This document shows positions 12,001 to 21,000 of a stretch of DNA of 64,000 bases, piece after piece. Source of the DNA: Monocercomonoides exilis PA203. Its lineage: Eukaryota > Protista > Preaxostyla. A program made the translations under genes and the position numbers. The notes under the pieces are model-generated. The model did not search any database, was not told where the DNA came from, and was given only the letters and a program-made list of their open reading frames with translations. The stretch lies in NCBI GenBank assembly GCA_001643675.2, contig LSRY02000016.1, forward strand, positions 186,001 to 250,000. Direction: 5' to 3'. How positions within the stretch are numbered: the stretch's first letter is position 1; each line of letters starts with the position of its first letter.

Positions 12001-15000
12001 AGACGAAGATAGGCAGCTTTTGATCACACAGCTCGAAAATGTATCCATGAAACTATTTGGAAAAGCTGCCACAATGATTCAACAGCAAACCTCATCTCTT
12101 TCTGCATCATCTTCTCTTTCTACATCTGCTCCTCAGTCAAATCAAGCGACTACTCCTGCTTCAGCCTCTTCAAGCGAAATTACTTTGCAAGTGGCCTCAC
12201 CAAAATCAAATAGAGACATTCCACAAATAATTCGCCATGAGCCCTTGTTCGGAGATTTTGCTCATCCTGATCGGCATTACGAAGAGCTTTCCAGTTTAGA
12301 TTTATGCAACAAACAGCTTCGTGCTTATTTGGATGAGTACAATCGTCTTCCAACAACAGAAGTTCCGATGTCACCCATCTTTTTTGAGGCAGCAACGATG
12401 GCACTTATCAAATTATGCAGGCTGTTTCGATTGAGAGATGGGCATGCGCTCTTGCTTGGTGGACCTGGGACAGGAAGACGCACTCTCACTAAGCTTGCTG
12501 CATTTGTGGCTGATTGCACGATGTTCGAAATGTCTTCCTTTGATTTAGCAGGACCATTGATTACAAATAAAGCAGAGGCAGAGCGTGCGAATGGGGCAGG
12601 AGAAAAGAAAGGAGCAGAAGACAGCAATGTTGGAGGAGGTGTTGGTGGTGGACAAAATCAATCCACAGGCTCTAATTCAAATTCATCGTCTTCTTCTGTG
12701 GGAGAGGCAGTCACGCCAGGTGCTTTGTGGCGAAGAGACATGAGACGTCTTCTTCTGGCTGTTGGCGCTCAAAATGCATCTCCGACAATTTTGTTCATAG
12801 ACGATTACTTGTGCTCTGAGCCTCTTGTTTTGGAAGACCTCACATATCTTCTAAGAGATGGTTGCATTGGTGGACTGTTTACAAAAGCAGACTGGCAAAC
12901 TATTCACACTGGACTTGAAGGACAGTATTATGATGAAACTCGCATTGTTACTCCATCTCCTGTTGACCTGCACACATTCTTTTACAATAGAGTGAGACAG
13001 AATCTTCACATTGTTATTTGTCTTTCTCCTTCTTCGCCGAATCATTCAGCAGCCATTCGAATCTTTCCTTCGATTGTCAACCACACTCAGCCAATCTGGT
13101 GGAATTTGTGGGACGAAAACTCGCTCAAAGCACTTGCCCGTTCCTTCTTCGTCTCATCTCCTCCGTTTGAAGTTCCAGTTTGGTCATCTTCGTCAAAATC
13201 GTCTTCACAGGTATTGTCTACCCAATCGCAACAAACTTCTGGTGATCCAAATTCACAAAAAGATAAGAATCCATCGAAACAAACCTCTATCTCTGTTAGT
13301 AAGATCGCCAAATTGCTTGAAGGAAGTGCAGATCCAAAGGAGAGAAGCGAAATCATAAACAATGCCATTCAACCGACTTCTCCAATTGTTGAAAAACCGT
13401 CAACAGCTTCGCGCTCTATTCATTCAACGACTTCTTCATCTTCATTGGCATCCGCCTCTTCGTCAGCCACATCTGCAACTACCTCAACAACTGATCCTCT
13501 GACGCCTCTGATTGATGCATGTGTTGCTGTCCATCTTGCTGCAGCTGATGTGACCCAGCAATATTCAAAACAGACTGGACGCTGTGCTGTTGTCACACCC
13601 AGCCACTTCCGCACACTTTTGACGACAATCCGTTCAGTTACACGGAAGATGCGCGATGCGATGCTGACAACAACAATAAGATTGGAGAAAGGCGTCGTCA
13701 GAGTTGCAGAAATAACAGCTGAGGCACCACGACTTGAAAGAAGACTGGCTTCTCTTGTTCCGATGCTGGAAGAAGCGACAAAAGATTTGGAAGAGGCAAT
13801 GCAACGATTGAAACAGGAAACAACGAAATCTGAGCAAACAAGAAGACTCGCACAAGACAAAGAAGCAAAAGCGAAAGCGCAGGCAGAACTTGTGGCACAG
13901 AAGTTGTCAGCAGCAGAAGAAGAGTTGAGAAGATGTGCACCAGACATTGAGAATGCACAAACAGCACTTAATCAGCTCTCGACAAAGCATGTGGCAGAAA
14001 TTCGAAGAATGAGGAATCCTCCGCAGTCAATGACGATTGTGATTGAAGCGCTGTGTATCACATTGCACCGTCTTCCTGCAAAGCTGCCCGACGGAAAATT
14101 GGATTATTGGCCAGAGGCGAAGCTGATGTTTGGAGAAGTGGACTTTCTGAAATCTCTGCAGAACTACGATGCACGCTCAATGACTGAAGAGACAATTCAA
14201 AGGCTCACTCCATACATAGAAAATCCTCAATTCCAACCTTCGCTGCTGGAAAGAGTATCAGTTGCATGCAAATCACTTTGTTTCTGGATACGAAGTGTGT
14301 ATAATTACAACATTGTGTGGAAAAAGATAGAGCCACTTGTAAATGAACAAAAAGCTGCTGAACAGGCACAAAAGGAAACAGAAGAATCACTCGCAATCAT
14401 TCGTTCTGCTCTGAATGTGCTTGAAAAGCGTATTGCTACTCTGACCCGATTAAGGGAAGAAGCCACACAGAGACGCGAACAGCTTATCAAAGAGATTGAA
14501 AACAGCAAAGTTCAAATTGAGCTGGCAAAGCAGCTCACAGTAGCGCTGGAAGAGGAAGGCAGAAGATGGGCAGCAAACCTGGCGCATGAAAGACGTAAGC
14601 AGCCGTTTCTTGCTGGTGATGTGCTGTTGAGTGCTGCAATGATATGCTATTTGGGTCCGTTGGGAATAACTGCTCGGAACGAATTGCTCCAACTGAGATG
14701 GCCAGCTGAACTTGCAAGGCTGGGAATTCCACACCATCCTGCACACAAAGTGCTGCTTTCGCTTGTAGGAGAGTTGGAGCTGTTGGATTGGTCGAATCAG
14801 TACGGATTGCCAGCATCACCACATACTCAAATATCTGCTGCAATCATTCAACAATCACCCGTATGGCCTGTTGTTGTAGACCCACAGCATCAGGCACTGC
14901 GATGGCTGCTGGCAATGTACGGAAACAAAATTTGCGTTGTGTCTGCATCAATGCCAGATTGTGCTGTTCTTATTTCTGGCGCTATTCAACAGAACAAGTC

Positions 15001-18000
15001 TGTGATTCTGCTTGTGGAAGGAGCTAACTCAGCAAGCGTATTAAATGTGAACAGCATAGCTTTTGGACTGAAGAGCGGAGAATACAGTGGAATGGATGAC
15101 GGAAGCGGAGGAGGAGGAGGAGGAGGTGGTGGTGGTGGAATGATGCTTGGAGGATCGAGTGGAATTGGCATTGGAGGAGGAGGGATAGGTGGTGGTGAGG
15201 ATGGACGTAATGGCGCATCAGGAACAGCACTTGGAGATATTCCTGGAGGAGCGGATGGAAGTGCAATGAGAACTGTGGAGTTTGGCAAAGGTGGAGTTAT
15301 GTTCTGGAGAAACGAAACACCTCCACTCACAACTCAAAGAGGATTTAACTTCCTTTATTCATCACTTGGACTCAACCATGCCAGAGGATCTAACTCATCA
15401 AACAATGTGCCATCTCCGTCGTCTTCATCGTCATTTTATGAAGGAGATTTAACACCTTCATCATCTTTCCGAATTTCTGGAGAAACTTCTCGAAATCAGC
15501 TGCCCAGTATATCTGGCGCATCGCATTCACGTAGTGGGCAGAGGCCATCGTCAATATCGCAAAACGGCGCAACTTCTTCGGCATCTTCTTCGTCAATACA
15601 TTTTTCATCGTTCACAACAGAATTTTGGGATGCCTTTTCAAAAGTCGATCGAAAGCTGTCCAATCTTCTTTCTCGAAACTTTTCTATCTCCAAAAGCGTG
15701 CCCAAAGATTCCAGACTCTCCACACCAACATCAACAGCTGCTTCACTTTCTCAAGTTCCAACTCCGCTCGGTGCTCCTCAAACTCCGACACTTACTTCGC
15801 GTTCTGGTCTGGCTACGCCACAGACACCATCAAAATCAACTTACAAGCTGACTTCGACTCTCTCTCAATCACTTGCTCCTCCACAGCCAACACGCACAGT
15901 TCACATTGGCAATGCTACAATCAATCTGCCATCATCATTCAACCTGATAATCCACACAACGTCTGCAAACCCGTTTCTTCCTGTTGACTTTCTTGGAAAC
16001 TTCGCAGTCGTCGACTTTTCTGTCACAAGTGAATCTCTTGTGGAACAACTTTTATCCAAAATTACAATGTCTGCTGAGCCAACACTGGAACGAGAGCGCA
16101 TCGCTGGGACACAAACATTGGCTGTGTTGAAGAGGGAGCACACGCAGCAGGAGACATCCCTTCTGGATTTACTTACCTCGAATTCGCTGGTTCAACTGAT
16201 GGACTCCCGCTTCTTCGATAGGCTCACGCGAATGAAGGAGATGGTGTCTTCTTTGAATGCCCGACTGTGGCGAACAGAAGAGACAAAGCAGCAACAGGAG
16301 AGCAACAGAGGGAAGTATGTGACAGCTGCACGCAGTTTAGCATCGATGTTTATTTGTGTACAGGGAATGCGAAGAGTGAATCCAATGTATCGTTTATCTC
16401 TTGACAGATATCTTGCTTGTGTTGATGCAGCCCTTACAAGAAAGAAGTCGCTCAAAGACAATTCAACACATTCATCGACTTCGCATGGGATTAATATGAA
16501 AGAAGAAGAGAATAATGGGCTTTCTCTTCTTGAAGACAGTATCAAAGCAGAAATGAGACGCAAAAAAGTTGTTTGGGAGAATGGAGGAGATGAAGCAAAT
16601 GCCGAGCAAGATGCAATGAACCCAGAATGGGAAGAAGAAGAGGAAGATGCAAATGAAGAAAACTTGGGAGAAAAAGGCGAAGAAGGCACTGGAGATTCAG
16701 CAGCTGCTGGTGCAGATAATCAACAAGGAGAAGGTTCCTCGTCTGAAATCTCAAAGGAAAAGAAAGACAAAAACGATGATAAAAAGGAGAACGAAAAGAC
16801 AGAAGATGAGGGCGACAAAACAGGAACTGGAAAAGATGCCACAAAAGATGGCGAAAAGACACTGAAACGAAAAGACAAACTGAAATCCACTGCTCTTTCG
16901 ATTGGGATGGTGCTTGGTGCAACAAAAGAGAAAGACAATTTGACTGAAGCCCAGCGAGCAGAAAAGGACGCTGCTGCTGCTGCGATGAGGCAGCTTCAGG
17001 AAGAGGAAAGAGGCAAAGCGCTGGCAACAATCCTTCAGCGGGAAGTATTCAGCCATTTTTCAGCGATGTTCTTTTCAAAAGACCGCGTTTTGTTCTTTGC
17101 ATTTCTAACTCTTCGCTCTCTGCTGGAGGAGGAGCAGATATCGATTGAGGAGTATCAGTACGTCATCACAGGGAAAATACCTCGGCTTGCGTCACCATTT
17201 ATGAGTGCATTTGAGGATGAAGAGGACAAGTTTAAGGAAGATGGAGAATTTGATGATGAAAATGAAGAATTCTCAAAAGGCACATCAAATGACAACAGTG
17301 CAACAAGTGCAGGACAGCTTGTTATTCCTTCTTCTCTATCTGCTTCATCATTATCTACTCAGCAATCAAGTCAATCCAATTTACGAAGACCTTCAGCCCA
17401 GCATGCAAATGAAGGCGCACTCGCAAATTCAGATACAGCCCAGTCTCAGGCGCGCTCTCCATCGCCATCAAAGCTCTATCCTGCTTCGTCTCCACCTCCT
17501 CTCATTCAGATTGTCGATTCATCTTATTTCCCAACTGCAGAATCTGAAGAAGTGCTCAGCGAATCTCCTCTTCTTTCGTATGCAAAGCCAAACTGGGCAT
17601 CTCCCGCACTTTGGGAGCGATTGTGCGAACTCTGCCGATTTCCTCGCTTTTCATTCCTGCCAGATTACTTGGAGAATTCAGACCCCGACTGCTGGATGGC
17701 CATATTACTGTCTTCTGAACCACACAAAGAGTCCATGCCTCCAATCGTTCTGAAAAGCGGACTTGCTCAAGCAGCTGCAGCATCTGGAAAGAAAGAATCT
17801 TCAACTGAAAGCGGGGGAGCATCAACTTCAGTTGGTCAAACGAAGTCAAAGAAGGGACAAACAGCTTCCACTGGAGCAGCAAATGGATTGTCCGCCTCTT
17901 CTGCATATGCTTCAAGAACAAAACAGCTTCTATCAAAGCAGAAAGATAAACAACAGCAACCTCAGGCACAGCATCAACAACAAACAGGAACAGATGCTAA

Positions 18001-21000
18001 ACAACCTTCTTCTTCACAACCTGCTCAATCACAGCAGGATCAACGATCGCAAATGCAGCCAAACGAGCCTCATCCTTTGCTTTTGAACCACTTTACACGA
18101 TTCTTATTGCTGCGTGCACTCAGACCCGATTGCCTTCCCAGCCTTTTGAATTCGTTAGCTACTTCATTTCTGGGCAGAACATTCACCCAATCTCCGCCTC
18201 CTTCACTCGAAGCAATCCTCCGCACGAATCCATCATCACTGCCAATTGTGCTTCATCTTACAGATACAGCAGACATTATGAAGGAATTAATGGCATGTGC
18301 ACAGCGCATCGGTCCTTCTGGTCTTCGTGTTCGGTGCTTGGCTGCCAGTGACGATGGAGCAAAGAGAGCACCACGTCTTGTCACTGAAGGCTCTTACCAC
18401 GGCCATTGGATTGTCATTCAGAATTGCCACCTTGCACCACTCTGGCTTCAGCCTCTTGTCAAACTCCTTTCCTCCCCTATCATTGCAAGGGCTCATCAGC
18501 GCTTCCGCTTGATTTTTATTTCGAAGCCAGAGCCGATGTTTCCTGCAGCTATTTTGGAAGCGTCGTCAATCGTTGCATGTGAAGCTCCAAAGACAATGCG
18601 GATGCTGATGGCAGCTTTGTTGGAATCAGATTCTGAGTTGTGGAAACAGCGGGGCGATGAATGGAAGCGCCTTGCAGCGTCTGCAGCACATTTGCTGTCT
18701 GCCATCAACATCAGAAGGCGATTTGGCAGAGCTGGATGGAAAGTTGCTGCAGATGTTGGGTCACTAGCTGATTGGACAGCAGCTGTGGAATTGCTGGACA
18801 AGTACTACAACTCTTCATTTAAGACAAGAAGGAGAAGGAGGAGAGGAGCTGGAAAATACGAAGATGGAGACTCCGCAAACGAAGGAGACAGCGATGAATT
18901 GGATGAAGACGATGATGATGGAGATTACGAGAGGAACGTTCGTGGCAGACAAACATCGAGCGTGTTTGAATCTCCTGCTGGCAGATCAGATGGGGTGCAA
19001 CTCGGAATTATGTCCCGCTCCAAGCCATCTTCGCAGCTGCAAATGAGCGCATCTTCTCTCCACTCTGCTGCTACTGCCTCGTCACTGTCATCGACCTACT
19101 CCAATCAGCCTGTCGCTCCAAAACGAGGACGGACTGACATTCGCTCTCAGAACGAGAAGGAAGGTGAAAAATCGCTTGTTCCATCTGTGGTCATTCCAGA
19201 GAAGTCTGTTTATGTTGTTAATGGAGATAGGCTCCTGATGCAGTTGGCTAACATCATTACAACAAAATCAAAAACATTTGTTATTATAAACAAGCCCCAA
19301 AAATCAAAAAGTGGAAAAGGAGATTGGATGAACACTTCATCATCAAACATGATGTCTTCGTCATCCAACCCAAATTCTTCGCAATACATCGCTTCTTCAT
19401 ATGGAATACGAACAGGAATGATCAATTCCACAGCCTCCGCAAATTCTCAACAGCAGTCTTCTCTTTTCCAGCAGCAGCCAAATCAGATGGGTCAAATGGC
19501 CTCAATTGGAAACAATGCAGGAAATTCTTCTCTTTCAAGACGCTCCTCCTCAAACATGCTTGCCTCTCAGAAAAATCCATCGAAAAATAATTCATCTCTT
19601 CTTCAAGCGCTGTCTGTTATGTCGGCCGAGAAGGAGAATGGCGATCAAGGAGACGAAAGCATCGAGCAGACATTTATTGACCCACTTTTATTGTTCAACA
19701 CAACACCTCGTGTTGTGATTGTCAAGTCAGCCACTTCAGTCAGACAGATCATGAACAACAATCTTTACGGAGCAGCATTTCTGAACGAGGAATTTGATCG
19801 TTCTTTGTTTGACGCGCTGACAATCATTCACAACGCTCCAGCAATTGTGTATCTATCCACAAAAGAGGCTCCTTACTCAAACATTCCATTCATTACACTG
19901 ACAGCCACAACACAAGACATTTCAAAGCTGATCAGAAGGTTGAGACAGCCTCCTCAAAGATTGGGGCTTCCATCGCCTCGCACCTCTCCAACCAGTTCCA
20001 ACATTCAGCCATCCGTTTCACAATCTTCATTTGCTTCAATGTCATCTGCATCTCTTTTGCCGTCTCCTGTTTCGCCTTCTCCACAAAGAAATGCAAAAGT
20101 GACCTCGCTGGATCCAAATTCATCGTTGGGGATGCCAATGCTATCAAGTTACTCATCAACGTGCACACTGTCCTCCTCCAAAAGCACTTCTTCATCATCC
20201 TCATCATCCCCTACGCTTCTTGACACAGTTGCTGAAAACGCCTCTCACATGCTCGTCTCTGCCTCCCGCGAAGATATGCAGGACTGTGCAGACGTTGGTC
20301 TTCCGCTGAGCATTGCACCTTTTGCAAGCGGATCCTCTGGCGCAATATTCTATCGCGAGGCTCTGTTGGAAGTGAGCGTCTCGTTTTCCGCTGCATCTCG
20401 TTTTGTCATCGACTCTTCCAAACAAACTGGGAATAGGAAGATAAGAAGCAGACGCTCACCTTTTGCAAGCGACAGAATGGGCGAGAAGGCCAAAGAGTTT
20501 AATGAAGAGTTCAGATTATCGAACTCTCCATCACCAATTCGCTCGCTTTCACCGTTTGGCGATGTCAATGGACAGAGCACGAGATCTATTTCTAATGCTT
20601 CACCACCACCTCCTTCTCCTAATATGCATGATAGTTTGATAATTGGAGGAAACAGCATGAATGGACGGCAATTCAACAGTGTTGGAGGAACAGGAAGAGG
20701 ATCAGGTATGGTGCAGCTTCTCTCTCTCATTTCTGGTGCGGTCTCGTCTCTTCCTGCACTCATCCCTCAGTCAGCGATGTTCCCTCTTTCGCCGTTTCAC
20801 CCAGCGTTCTTTGTTGCCTCATCGCTGCTCAATGAAATCCAACTTCTATCAAAAAGCATTCGAGTCTCACGAGTTTTGCTTTCACTCGTTGAAGGAGGAC
20901 TAAAAGAGCTGATCGATCAGACATCTCGTTCAAAGAATTCGCATCAGTCATCCTCATCCTCCTCAGCATCATTATCCTCGTCTCCTCCAAGAAATACAGT

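Noticed and set aside
12440-12490. AAA4 Walker A Lys-to-Arg (GTGRR) as a sign of inactivity
   Set aside because: Arg at this position occurs in ordinary axonemal dyneins, so it is not informative alone.
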